From NCBI GenBank assembly GCA_015680685.1, contig MNCI01000164.1, forward strand, positions 23,665 to 87,664: a stretch of DNA of 64,000 nt. Direction: 5' to 3'. The DNA is from Gnetum montanum (Eukaryota > Plantae > Gnetophyta). Below are positions 26,334 to 39,478 of the stretch, one piece after another (position 1 is the stretch's first letter; every line of letters begins with the position of its first letter). The position numbers were made by a program, and so were the translations under genes. The notes under the pieces are model-generated. The model did no database searches. It was not told the DNA's origin and saw only the letters and a program-made list of their open reading frames with translations.

Positions 26334-26771
26334 ACTAGCTTAGATATATATATATATATATATAAATCGATGGAGATGATTTTTAAAAAAATGATGTTTA
26401 CTAAGCCCAACTACTAGACAAGGTAACAAAATAACTAACAACAGAATCACTCATCTCTCATTTGTTTCTCTACCACTTACCCAATTTAGTTTTACCCTCT
26501 CAGTCAAGTTTGTTCTTTCTTTGTTTATTCATGGCGTTTTTTAGCACTATTTATGGAAGAGATTTATTTTTCAAAAACACCATTAACAAATAAAGAAAGA
26601 GCAAACTTGACTGAAAGGGTAAAACTCAATTGGGTAAGTGGTAGAGAAACAAAGGAGGGATGAGTGATTCCATTTTTAGTTATATTGTTACCAAATCCAG
26701 TAGTCGGGCTTGGTTAACATCATTTTTTTTAAATCATCTCGGCCAATTTATATATATATATCTAAGCTAGT
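26334..26771. repeat. Long foldback inverted repeat (arms ~200 bp), MITE- or Helitron-derived
   Basis: The left arm ACTAGCTTAGA(TA)n...TTTCTCTACCACTTACCCAATT... pairs with the right arm ...AATTGGGTAAGTGGTAGAGAAA...(TA)nTCTAAGCTAGT. Confidence 0.9.
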
Positions 26772-27087
26772 TTAGTAATAAATCCCGTAGCTAAGATACA
26801 ACAAACGGTAACAAACTGACTACATGTAGATACAAATGTCAAATAATGTTGGAAGCAAGTAGAAGCAGTTCCAAATATAAAAGGGAAACACCAAATGAGA
26901 GACTAGTTACGTTTTGAATTCATCAATTAAGAGCATGGATATCAAGGCTAATACGATTAGTCCAGAATTTAGAAATAAAAAAGCTTAGATGGAGAAAAAT
27001 ATTACCAATCTTGTCCATGTTTGTTTTTTTCCTTCAAATGGTTTTTGGAAAGAAAGAAGGATTTACACTATATATGTTTGTTGTTAG

Positions 27088-27193
27088 GTGCGTCGAAGAC
27101 GCAACAAATGGGATGGTCAGGTATTTTGCTCTATCTTCCAGGGGCTATCACATTTGGTTTAGGAATTTGGCAACTCTTCAGGGACGTGACAAG
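27088..27193 (+). pseudogene. SURF1: SURF1 pseudo-exon (first TM helix)
   Basis: GWSGILLYLPGAITFGLGIWQLFR, bounded by AG/GT. At 106 bp it is 1 bp short of the expected phase. Confidence 0.88.
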
Positions 27194-28040
27194 GTCTTGT
27201 TGTTGTTGTTTTTGTGCAGCCAAAGCCAAAATCCTTTCTCTAAATCCAATATTTACTTATTGTTTCATAGCTTACTCTGATTTGGGAATCAAAAATGTTC
27301 ATTTTCCTAGAAGTGATTTGCTTCACTTGTTTGGTAAACTGTTTATTCATTTACTTAGAAATTTGGATGTGAATAATGTGGTAGATTTCAATTCCTGTGG
27401 CTGATTTTTAATGTCTAAAACATTGAATTCATAGGAATTAGAAGATTTGAAATCCCCAGAATTCAAAAAGGTCAAATGTGAAGGTATATATGATGAAAGT
27501 AAGTCGATTTTTATTAATTCATGCTCTAGGGCCATGTCTTATGTAACAAAAAATTCGCACTACTTGGTCACTCCATTGTTCCTAGTTGCCAATATTGATA
27601 GGTAGGTCCAACTTATGATTTTTTTTTTAAATTATTTGTTTTAAAATAACAATATTTATTGTTTTTTTTCCTGTTATCTTCTCACTTTGTTTTTTTTTTT
27701 TTTTGAGAGAGAGAGAAAATGTTCGGGATTGTATTGCTGAAAATATAGTACAAGGAATTACAAAAAGTGGGTCAACAACGTTGGCCCATGTGGGGTGTGG
27801 TTACAACCCAAAATCGACATGTGAAACTATCCATCAGTCTTTTCCCTCAAAAACACTCAAAGCCAAAGACGGCAAGGGGGGGTACCCCCAATAAGGGGGG
27901 GCACCCCCCAACCTAAGGGGGGTGAACCCAAAATCATGGGGGGGCAAGCAAATGGGGGGGGGGCAACAACGACACCAAGGGGATTCCATGACACGTTAGG
28001 GGGGACAGAAATTGTAGCCCCACTCCAGCATGTGAAGGAT

Positions 28041-28238
28041 GTCCAACGTGTTACGGTGGATCTCTATGTCCATAAAACGGGTGCCCTGTTGGATGCCTTG
28101 CATGGCTGATTCTCGTCGATTCCTATCCGTCGTCGACATCCCCTCATCTAGATGGAAACGTGTCGAGGTCCAATGGATGTGGTTTCTGAGCTGCCCCGAA
28201 GTGCTGTCACAATTGATGCCAAGGATGAGGTATATACA
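28041..28238 (-). pseudogene. J-domain (DnaJ/Hsp40)-like segment at the end of LINE A ORF2
   Basis: CIYLILGINCDSTSGQLRNHIHWTSTRFHLDEGMSTTDRNRRESAMQGIQQGTRFMDIEIHRNTLD. Confidence 0.75.
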
Positions 28239-30059
28239 CCGTCCACTCCTAAGCCATTGACGTGCATTATGCTCATGTGCCTGGTCCAGCTAGCTCTGCC
28301 TCTGTGTCTCCTCCTCCTATTCCCGTTCGTGCTGGGCCCATTCAGCCTCCTCGTGCTCCCTTTGGGTGGTTTTCTCTTGAAGTAGTTCTTCTCTCACCTA
28401 GGCCCGAATCTTGTCCACCAACTCGGCTGGGGCTACATCAGCTAGAAGGGTTTGTTGTCTAACTCTCTACTGCTCCCTTTCCTGGAACTAGGTTTCCAGC
28501 TCAACCAAGGCCTGCGCAAGGGCTTCCTACCACTTTGCCTCCCAATCATGATCCTCAGCCTTACGTGTTGCGGTTGCAACCTCTTGAGCTACTTGCTGCA
28601 GAGCCTTGTCCTTGGTTTTATTGCGTCACAAGGTTTCGAGCGGGAACGTCTCCGACTCTACTGTGGGGTTTGGGGGTCTCCATCATCCCTGGCTACATTT
28701 CTTCTATATATAGGTCAGTGTAGGCTGGGTCTAGAGGCTCTCCTGGCTGGACAAAAGGGATGGACCAAGTGGGGGGCCTCCCCATGGGGGGGTAGCCGAT
28801 GGGTTTTGCCCCCCTCCCCCCTCCCACTGCCCCCTACCACAGGGCCAAGATGAGCCCTGAGTGATGGCTTCACCTCTATAGTTGTAAGGTCATCAGGAAA
28901 AATCTAGGCAAGTTAATCCTACGCCTTAACTTAAGGCAATGGAGGAAGGCGAAGTGCATTCCCTGGAGCTTGGATCCATTGCCAGACTAGGCAAAACATC
29001 TATCAACGAGATCTGTTGCTCAGGCCCAAATTTAGGGTAGAGAAGATCTAGGCACTTATCTGCTCTGCATGCGTGGCATTGGCCCATCAAAAAATAGTTC
29101 TACATCCTGTAGCTCGTGTGCAGAGGGTACTATGATTTCGTTGTCGGCCTAGGCCCCCAGACACCTAGTAATCGAAGCTTCTGTGATGATGACCTCTCTC
29201 CCCTGAAAGTAGGTATGACCGTTGTGCCAGTTAGTGAAGAAAGCATCATCTGACAGGTTTGGGTCTCCAACCAGCCATTGTAGGGCACCACTCCAGCTGC
29301 ACTATTCCACCATTTGCCAAAGTTCTTCCTCAGCCTGGAACGTGGCGTAATCAGGTTCGTATGTCGACATGACACCCATCATCGCCTCGATCTCTTTCCA
29401 CATGTTGTGAGCCTAGGAAACCACCAGCGGGGGGGCCAATCGGTGTTGCTGGAATACTATGCAGTTTCTTATCTTCCACGCTACCCATAAAAGTAGCATG
29501 GCCTAAGAGTCGCCAATGAGGGGCATTCTGGGGGCTGCTCCTGCAAAGTGCCATGTGGCTCGCATGTAGGCATAGCCAAATGTGAAGTGTCGTACCATTT
29601 TAGATGTGATGCCACATAAGGGATAGGTGTCATCAATAATGAGGTCCTATCTACGTAGAACCATGCGAACTGGTAGTGCGTCATGTCATATTAGCCACAG
29701 GAACATTTTGATTTTCTCAGGGAGCCACCCCCTCCAAATCTGCCACCAACTTGGTACCTATGGGTACTTGGCTATCATCAGGTGGTGTGGCACATGAACC
29801 AACCACCCTTGTGTCTGCATCTCACATGCATGGTGACAGAGCATCTGCCAGGGTATCAAGTCCTGCATCCCTGCCTCCCAACGACGATATTTTGCATTCA
29901 TAATGTAGATTCAGTAGGCTGGTTCCCCAAGCGGGCACATAAACCGGAGCAACAGGCGCTATTGTTCCATCATGAGTTTGTCCTTGAATTTGGAGATGCC
30001 TAGTCCCCTCACATTATGGGGGTGCATGTCCTAGTCCCAACTTACAAGGTGGATTTTTC

Positions 30060-30091
<32 letters not shown>

Positions 30092-30113
30092 ACCCCCCCC
30101 CCCCCCCCCCCCC
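30060..30113. repeat. Poly(C) run (~50 nt) inside LINE A ORF2
   Basis: Read directly. It sits where copies B and C encode a short Gly-rich WLGG.GG motif. Confidence 0.9.
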
Positions 30114-33100
30114 NTTTTGTTAACAATGGTGATCGGAGGGTTGGCGACCATCACAAAAAACTAGGTTATTGTCGTAAGAATCCATGATGCCACCACTAAT
30201 CACCCCTTTCTGGTCAAGAAATGATTGGCCCAATGTCCCATCATTCTCTCAACCTTTTCCAACAACGTATTCCAAGATATTCTTTGCCCCCACTGGAAGA
30301 GTGGGATACCCAGGTAGGTGTCTCTAACTGTTCTGAGTGGGATGTTTAGGACCTATACAACTTGGTTCTTAATCTGTGTATCCACATTGATAAAATGAGT
30401 CATTGACTTAGCCCTGTTAATCTCCAGTCCCAGCTTGTCCGCTAACCGAGAAAGTGCGACGTTGATGTGCCGCACTTGTGGGACCCCCACACGACTAAGC
30501 AACATTATATCATCTGCATAGTGTTCAGCCTGACATTCCACCCCTACAATGTCAAGGTCGTCAACCCTTGATTTCGTACAATAGTATTACATCAAATCCA
30601 TGGCGATAATGAACAGCAAAGGCGAGAGGGGGTCCCCCTACCGTAGGCCCCGCCTAGGTGAGGAAAGACCCCATAGGCACCCCCCCCACATCAAAGGAGA
30701 AACCTACAAATGATTCCATGTGGATGCACAGCTGGATAAAACCCTGGTCAAACCCCTTGGGTTACAAAATGGTGATCAAGGCTTCCCAGCTGATTGTATC
30801 ATATGCCTTGGTAATGTTGAGTTTGAGACAGAGCCCTGGGAAACCCGTAATTCAAAGAGAATGAAACACATTCTGCATGAGAAGAACCTGGTCCTACAGG
30901 GTTTGACCTTGCACAAAACCTATTTGGTTTACTCCAACTAACTTGGGCACTAGCGGTGCAAGCCTACAGACAATCAACTTCGAGAAAACTTGAATTAAAA
31001 CGTTGCATACCCTGATAGGGCAAAAGTGTTTTGGATGGTGTGCCTTCATTTGCTTTGGAATGCACACTATTCGAGAACAATTGAGCTTCCTTCAAACTTG
31101 CCTCTTTGCCAGCATGAGGTTGAAAGCATCTAGAATATTGGATCCCAAAATATCTAGGAAGGTCTTGAAGAATTCTAGGCTCCAACCATCTGGTCCAGAT
31201 GCCTTCCCTCTTGACATGTCACTGATGGTTGTGACAAGTTCCTACCATGAGAATGGGGCTAATAGTCGAGCATTATCCTCCTTTTTTAGCGCCTGCGAAA
31301 TTTGGACCGATATGGGCTTGGTGGGTCTTTTGGCCCAGATCCTTTCCCAGTGTGTTAGCTCTTAAGCGACATTCTATGGTTCATCAATTATCCCCCCCCC
31401 CCTCCATGGTGTGTAGACAACGTGGCTAGCTTCATCCTCGTGTCTTAGTAATGGCAAAGAAAAAGTTTGTTTGCCTATTCCCCTCTCGAAGCCATCTAAT
31501 CCATGATTGTTATCTCTAGTACATCTTCTCTTCTAAGTCAAGGCCTTGAAGTTGCCACAGAATGCTCTGCTATTCTTCTTGTAAGTCCTTCCTAGCCTCC
31601 TATTTGATCTGGATCTGAATTAGCCTATCCCTGAGTGTCCGCCAGCCCGTTCTAAATGAGAATTTATCCTCCATTAATAGGGCCTGGATAGGCCATTTCA
31701 GGCAAAGCAAACCATCTTTGAGGAAGTTCCTGGGATCTCCCTAACCCAGCTGGTAGTCTACCCAGATGTCCTCAACTAATGACCTCAACCATGGTTTAGA
31801 CAACTAGGTTGCCTCAAAATGAAAGGATCGTGGGGTCCAAGGCTGTTTGGGTCTGAGCGAGCAAACCAGGGATCGATGATCCAAGGTGACCTGTTCCTAC
31901 CCAGTAACCCACATGGCCAAGTGGAGGAGGAGGTCAAAATTGAATCAGACCCAGTCAATTCTAGAGAGGATGCAATCTAGGCCTTTCCTCCTATTACTCC
32001 AGGTGAATTAGCTATTCTCAATGGGCAGGTCCACCAGTGAGTGGACTGACAGGAAATCCTGAAACTCCTATGCACCTAAAGGGGAGGCTTCCCCACCAAA
32101 CCTCTTCCATGGATGTAGTCTCTGGTTGAAGTCCCCAACTATTAGCCATGCAAGATGGTCTTGTACCAGCGCCACTACACGTTCCATCTCCTATAGCCTC
32201 TACTCCCATTTCTGCGCCCCATAGAAGTTGGTTAGCCAAACCCCTTGGGATGGGATATGGACTATCATGGTCCATTGTGAAGAGTCTACCAGCGTCATGT
32301 TGTAGCGGGCTAAGATAGCCAAACCATCTGCCTGACCCATGCAAGGGTGCACATGGGATTTCCAACCATCCCAAAGGAGATGGTGTTATTCTGTCACCTG
32401 CAGCTTGGTTTCTTGGAGGCATACGATGTCATAACCTTCATCACAAACAATTCAACTTAGGGTATTTCTTTTATAGGGTGTACCCTATCCCCTACAATTC
32501 TAGCTAAAGATCTTCATGTATGCCCGGATGAGCGACGTTGGTAGACCTCCCGTAGGGTGTTCTGTAAACCCAAGTCAATGTTTTGTTGGGCTTGTCTAGC
32601 CCTAGATGAGCTTTCACTCGGGTGTTCGAGGCAACTCCCCCCCTCCTGTACCACCAGGCTACAGCCTAAGTCCTCGAATGGAGGCTCCTTCTCTGGGCGC
32701 TTATGGGACTTGGTGCTCCCCCTCACCACATTAACCCATTTTCCCAAGGGGGGAAGCACTATCCCGAGCATCGTTGGGTCAGTTGATGATGATGGTGGTG
32801 ATGTGTGGGGGGTGTTCATGTCAATGTTGTGGGCCGGTTAAGATGGGATAGGTGAGAGGCATAGTGGAGAGCTTTGTGGGAGGGGGGCAGGGAGGTGTAA
32901 GGTTTTTATGGATGGGGGGTCTGCGGGAGTTCATTGGGGGTGTGGGGAGGGGGACGGTGGGGGTGGAGATTATGTTCATGAGGCTCAAGGGAGGGGGGCA
33001 ATTCTTGGGGGGGTGGTTTCTGCAGGGGCAATTTTTGGGGGGCTAGCTAGTCTAGAGGTGGGTGTAGTCAGCCCTTACATCCCATCGTGACCTAGCCCAT

Positions 33101-34720
33101 GCTCTCAATAAGCTACCGAGCCTGGTCCCGCAGCTACGTTGGCCTAGCCCTCTGAACCTGACAATCCTCCTCCTAGTACCCAGGTTTCCCACACCATGCA
33201 CAACTTGCTCCATGACCCTCTTGGGTCTTCGATCTTTGTTCCAAGTCTAGCTCTACTTACAGGTTTTCAAACTCAACCTAGAGTTGTTCCTCCCCTCCTC
33301 AAAGTTCTAGCACTATTTCTTGAACCAGGTCTTTGGTCGACAGGCTTCGCCACAAGCAAAAATAGGTGAAACCCATGCACACCATCGACTGCGTGACTCT
33401 ATCGAATGTGATGAACTTCCCAAAGAACCCTGCCATCCGTTCCAAGAACTCTAGGTTCCACATCTCCCATGGGATCCTAGACACCTTAATCCACATCAAG
33501 TCCTGCATGAACAGGTCCATTTCACGATGCACCCCAGGGTACCAAAGGGTTAAAGCCAGCCCTCAAGCACCGTAGAACCATGGCCAGCCCAGTAAGACCA
33601 TGTCCCAAGCTTGCTAGGATGGAAGAATGAATAGCATCAAATCCTCAGACAAGCTCTGCACTTCCACTTGGCCAACTTTTTAGTTTTCGTGCACCCACCT
33701 GCGGATGAGCTCCATCCACGGACGAGCACCCTGGGACACAAACCAACCAATGAGGCTCCGCTGCATAGTGCAGACTCCCTCCCTCAAGGGGCTATTGACC
33801 TAGAGGTGCATCGTGTGGTCCACATGGGAGTGTGCCTTGATCTTTCCATCAGGTACTCACAGTGTGTCCCCCCCCTTGGTCCTGTCTCTCCCTGTTTCCC
33901 TATGGTTCACCACTGTCTAGGAATCTCAAGGTGTTGTGTCCTGCTTCAGTGTCGGCCAATTCACTATTGGTCATCCCAATGCTTGTCTGAACAAAGTGAG
34001 GTGTCATGAAAGAAATTGTAAATAGAAAAAATATTAAGGCTCTTTCTCTCTCTCAAAGTTCCTTTTTACATTCCTGTGAAAGATAGAACAAGATATTGAA
34101 AATTCAAATGACTAGTGTGTTGCTTCATTTTTCTTTCTTTACAAGGTAGTCCTAGAACACTATTTTAATAGTGTCTTAGTTAAGGGAAAAAATGTTCTGC
34201 TCCTCCTGGGTAGGGTTTGAATGAACAGAGTCTTCCCTTATTGCTTGACACCATTCACTTTGAGCTCCCTCTTGTGCCATTTGCCTCTCCCATTGTTTAC
34301 TATATTTATTACATATAAATGTAATGCTAATCATAGATCAATGAATAATCATGAAAAATTTTTAGAGTTAATTTTTAAAAATCATTTTTCAATGCTGATT
34401 TTTCAGATTTCTAGTTTATTTCCCTATCAATTTTCAATTTCTAAACCTTGATTCTAGATGCCATCTGATCCTATGTTTTTAACTATCCTATTTACCTTCT
34501 AAATGAAGCTATCATACTATATATGATTTTAGTTTTGCATCATGTATTTGTTTTGCAAATCCTGTAGGGATTGAGTACATCAAATATGTATTTTATGAGA
34601 TACTGGGAAATAAATTTTATGGGTGAAGACATTAATTAGTCATGGGTGTCTTAAGGGGAAATTATATTTTTTGTTTTGCATCATGCACCTTTAATTATAT
34701 CTTATTCTTTTGCTATCATT

Positions 34721-37700
34721 CACAANGAAGATCATCTAGGATGTGTATAAATGTCCTTCATTGAGTAAGCCATGAGGATCCTCTCATGGAATTGCAAGGG
34801 ACAAGGTACACCCTTCAAGCGTTGTACCCTTCTAGAAATGGTGGCGAGAGAGCATTGTGAAGTTGTGTGTCTCAAGGATACTAAGGTTCAACAATAGGAA
34901 TTTCATTGGTTGTGATGGCCTAGATGGCACTCACAAGGTGTGCCATGTTAGGGGAGAGCTAGAGGCATGGCCATCATGTCCAAATGGCCTTTTGTGGTGG
35001 TGGATGAGTCCTAGTGTAGCATCAATATATGGTTGGAACAACAAGGTTTGTGGATTACAAACTTCTATGAAGCTTAGTAATGGGAGGCATGGCTGCAGGA
35101 GCTAGAGCAAATTGCACCCATGATTGCTAATTGGAGGAAGTGGATCTTGCTGGGGAACTTCAACCAGCATCTTCATTCATGGGAAAAATCTGATGGGGAC
35201 ATGTCGGACCCTCTAGGGGATCAACAGTTTCAAGATTTTCTAACAGCCCATGGGTTGGTGAATATGGAAGTTAGGGGGTGTCAATTCACATGGTGTAATC
35301 AAAGAAAGGGACAAGACAGGCTCATGACTAACATTGCTTGTGTGTGGGTGAGCTTGAACATGCTGATGGATAAAGGGGTGCTTGTCATCAACAAAGAAAG
35401 AGTTGTGTTGGATCATAGGCTGTTGGTTTGTATGCTTGGGCCTTAGGAAGATAGGGAGCCACACCCATTCAAATTTAAACAACCATGGCTAATGAAGTCA
35501 TGGTTGAAATCATTAGTGGAGGATATTTGGGGAGCCTACCTATTGGGTAGTGATCCTAAAGAGTTTCTGAAACAAGGGCTGAGCTTGCTCAAACAACATA
35601 TTTGTAGGGTCAAGTCCAAGGACAAATTCTCTTTTTGATATAGTTGGAGGGAGCTCATGTAGCATTTGGAGTGGATCCAGAGGGCCCAAAAGCTCTATCA
35701 GAATCAACAGGATATTAAGGGGGTAGTGTTGCGAGAGCTCCAGACGCTTGACAAAGAGGAGAAAATGTATTGGAGACAAAAGGGATGGCTTCGATGGTTG
35801 AGGGAGGGAGATAGGAATACATGCTTCTTCTTTGCGGCGGCTTGTTAAGCTCACTTAGCCAAGATGATACCTTCTATTCAAGATGGAGACCAAATTGTTG
35901 AGGGAAAAAGGAGGTTGCACAAGCTCTCTTGAGGTACTAGTCTAACATTTGGCAATAATGGGTGACCAAACCAATCTCCATTGATATTTTGAGGGTATTA
36001 GGTGAGGAGGACAATCGTAAGTTGTTGGCACCCTTTACTCTGGGAAAATTGGAGGGGTATTGGCATCCATGAAGGGAGGTAGGGCACTAGGCCCTGATGG
36101 GTGGCTTGTGAATTTTTTTTGGACTTTTTCTACGGAGCTAGGGGAAAATATCCTGCATGCCTTTAACAAGATGTTTGTGTGGGGCCAAGTGAGAAGAGAG
36201 ATCAACTACTCACGATTGGTGATGATCTCGAAGTCATCAAATCCATTGAATCTAACGTGCTTTCATCCTATTGGGGTGTGAAACACTCTAATTTGGCTCT
36301 TTTAAAAAATGTTGGTGGCCCAGATGGGGCCCATGATGCAATGCCTAGTGGGAGAACAACAGGCTGGCTTTGTCCAAGGTAGATTTTTGTAGGATCAGAT
36401 TTTACTAGTGTAGGAGGTGATGCACTCACTATGACAAATGAGGTTTCTAGGCATTTGTTTGAAACTTGACATCATGAAGGTGTATAACATAGTATCTTAG
36501 AATGCATTGCAAGAGATCATGTTATGTAAGGGATTCCACCCACATTTTGTGAAATTGTGCCTGCATATCCAACAATTGGATGCATTCTCTTTAGATTGGC
36601 AGGGGGGTTGGTACTATGGGGATTTGCATCCCTTGGTAGGGGATCAAGACAGGGAGACCCCCTATCACCATATTTGTTCATTCTTGTGATGGATGCCATG
36701 AGAACTTATTGAAGGTCTGAAGGGGTTAGAGGGTTGATAGTTGGCCAGGGGGGATGTAGTGCCTAGTTGAGCATTATGTTCATGACACATTTTTATTCAC
36801 TCAAGCTATCATTCCCCAAGTGCTTGCTATTAACAGGGCTCTGCTACAAATGGCCTATGAGGTTGGGTTGGAGGTTAATTGAGGTAAATCCCTGGTGCAT
36901 CTACTCAATGTTGAGTAGATAGTGAAGGGGAGAATTGTTTAACTATTGGGGGTTTTACCAAAATCTAAGGAGGATACCTACTTGGGTTTATGTTTGTTTG
37001 ACTGGCATAGAAAGCAGGTGTGGGAATCCCTAATCAAACAAATGTAGGATAGAGTTGGCCACTAGACTAATCGATTTCTATCTAGGGCAGGGAGGTTGGC
37101 ATTGGCGGCATTGGTTTTGTTGGCTATGGCTAGGTACGCTACGTCGACCACCTCCCCCCCAGATTAGGGTGACAAAGGAAATTGATCGCATTGTGCATAA
37201 CTTCATTTGGTTAGGGGGCAAAGGGGGTGGCAGGATGCATTTGGTGGTGTGGGATATTGTGGCTAGCCCAAAGCAAGTAGGGGGTTTGGGGGTGCTAGGT
37301 TTTGATGATGTCTAGGCAATGGGGCTTCAAGGGTTGCTCTAGTGGATATGTGCTCGAGATAGTTGTGCTACCTAGTGGTTGCAGATTGTATGTCATAAGT
37401 ATAGGCAATAGGAGGCCACCAACAACAATTCAAATTTTTGGCATGCATTAGTTTCACATGTGCAAAGCATTTTACCAAGGGGGCTGATTAATGTGTAGCC
37501 AAAGCAACTGATCAAACATAAATACCTTGCTGTTAGGGGGTGGTGGTAGTTATGGAGGGGTAGACTCCCTAAAAAAATCAAATATTTTATTTGGTTGGTG
37601 AAACATGGTGCTATACTCATGTAGCATGTGCTGTAGAGGTGGGGAATGCAGATGAATGCCATGTGTCCACTTTGCATGGTGGGGGGAGAAACCATGCAAC

Positions 37701-39478
37701 ACTTTGCATGGAATTGCACTTATTCACAAAGAGTGTGGCAGGTTGCATGCATGCAACTATCAACTACATTGAATAGAGATTCACCAACCACTATCATCCT
37801 TTGGTAGTTGTGGTGGGCCTAAAACTAATTCTATACTAATTGGCTTGGGGATGTTACTTTGTTCAAGGGAGTGAGAATTACACTCATCGAGGTGGCCATT
37901 GCTAGATATCTGCATACACTGGCAGAAGGGGAGGAGGTGGGGGTGTGGGGTAGAGGCTTGCAAGATGCACAAGAATTCTTTTTGGGGAGGTGCCCAAGAC
38001 GGTGAGTGGACAAGTCCCCAAGTTGGCCTTGCAACCTATCTGGTAGGATGCCAAGGTGCTAGTGGAATGATTTTTCGTCCACTCTGGAAATGCTTGGAAA
38101 TTGTTGGGGATGCATTTTGAGTTCCTCTTCTTCCTTCGGAGGGGAATTGGGGTGAACTTGCCTCACTTTCTCTTGGGGGTGCTACCTCAGAGGAGGCAAG
38201 GGACACACTTGAGGTTAATTCTCATGCTCTAGAGAGTGGTGAGGGGTTTGGGGGGGTGTCAAGGGGTTCTAGGGCAACCTGGTGCTCTTGTGATGAGGGC
38301 AGTCTACAAGTGCAGATGGAGGTGGTATGTTCCACCATTAATGATGGACATTTCTACTAATGTGACTGAGTCCAAAGGGGAAGCTCTAGAGGGGAGCACA
38401 GACATGGGGGTGATTGGGGAAGTAGAGGCTAGGGAGTTGTTATGACCCCTGGGGAGACTGGAAGGACCCCAGGGAGGGGATGGAACTTTGCCGGTGTAGG
38501 GGAGGTCAGAGGAAGGGGGTAAGGGGGGCAGTTAGAAATGACAGGTCTGTGGACAAATATGGGCGAGGTGGAGCATGCTTTGGAGGAGGAGTGGATGGTC
38601 TGGGTGCAGAGATTACGGTGATAGGAGGAGGAGCTCCAACGGGAGCTAGAAGGATTGAGATGCAGGGAGGAGGAGTTCCAGTAGGAACTCAAGAGGCTAA
38701 GGGAAGCAACAAGGATAGACCGGATGCATTGGGATTTCACGAACATTGCTAGGCTACAACTGAAAGAGAAGCTATGACAACAAATCTAGGAAGAGCTTCA
38801 AGAGGAAGCCAGGCTCTAGGAGGAGCTTGAAAGGGAGGTGTAATGGTGGTGCTAGGAAAAGGAGTGAGAGGAGTGGAGATCCAAGCCCGCCTAGATCAAG
38901 TGCATGAGAATCACACATGCAAGTGGCTAGAGGAAGGGAAGTGCCCTTATGAGATTTTGAACATTAGGCATACCGTGTCGTTGGTTGCACTTTTGCAACA
39001 TATCTGCCACAAGAGCCAAAAGCTTCACCTTGCTACGAAGGGGAGTGCTAAGGAGCATGCTTAGAAGAAAGAAAGCTTCAAAGAATTTCAGGAGGCCATG
39101 GCCTTTGTGGAGACTGAGAATTATTGGGCGGTGTTGGATGATTTCATGGCCAAGAGAGGACCTACTGTTGGTGCTTGATGCTCCCATTGCATCTTTAGGT
39201 GGTCTATTGTGGAGTTTTGTGTTGTCTGGATTAGGTGTAGCTTCCTTTGAGGGGGTTTGACTTTGTGATTTTGTTGATTTATGGTAGTTTTTTTGGTTTT
39301 TTGTTATTGTCATGAGTCCTCGAAGGGGATTCTGGTGGATGAGGTGGGGGAGGTTGTTCCCCCTCCCAGTTTTGGGGGGAAGGAGAGATGCTCTCTCCCC
39401 TCTTTTTGATGTTCTATGATTGTACATATTCTATTTTATTTAATTTAAGCCCAAAGTCTTTTCAGAAGAAAAAAAAAA
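34721..39478 (+). mobile_element. L1-clade LINE copy B, 5'-truncated, with extended ORF2
   Basis: ORF2 from 34772: MRILSWNCKG, WILLGNFN, WLREGDRNTCFF, ALGPDGW, RQGDPLSPYLF. Poly(A) ends at 39478. Degenerate TSD GCTATCATT/GCTACCCTT. Confidence 0.92.
38942..39145 (+). pseudogene. J-domain-like segment at the end of LINE B ORF2
   Basis: CPYEILNIRHTVSLVALLQHICHKSQKLHLATKGSAKEHA*KKESFKEFQEAMAFVETENYWAVLD. Confidence 0.78.

Larger units (their letters stand above)
27690..34036 (-). mobile_element. L1-clade LINE copy A, near full length, with extended ORF2
   Basis: ORF1 (~34000-32514) has a DUF4283-like WIKVSRIPWEMWNLEFLERMAGFFGKF segment and a CCHC remnant. ORF2 starts at 32517 (MKIFS*NCRG) and includes GLR*GDPLSPLLF, YADD and WVAWKIRNCIVF. 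(CT)n plus poly(A) tail at ~27690-27715. Confidence 0.92.

Noticed and set aside
25763-26410. Long ORFs made of X here and at 55765-56261
   Set aside because: Artefacts of N-gaps.
30060-30113. Poly(C/G) tract as a functional G-quadruplex
   Set aside because: Copy-specific expansion of a short G-run, next to an N; likely slippage or an assembly error.
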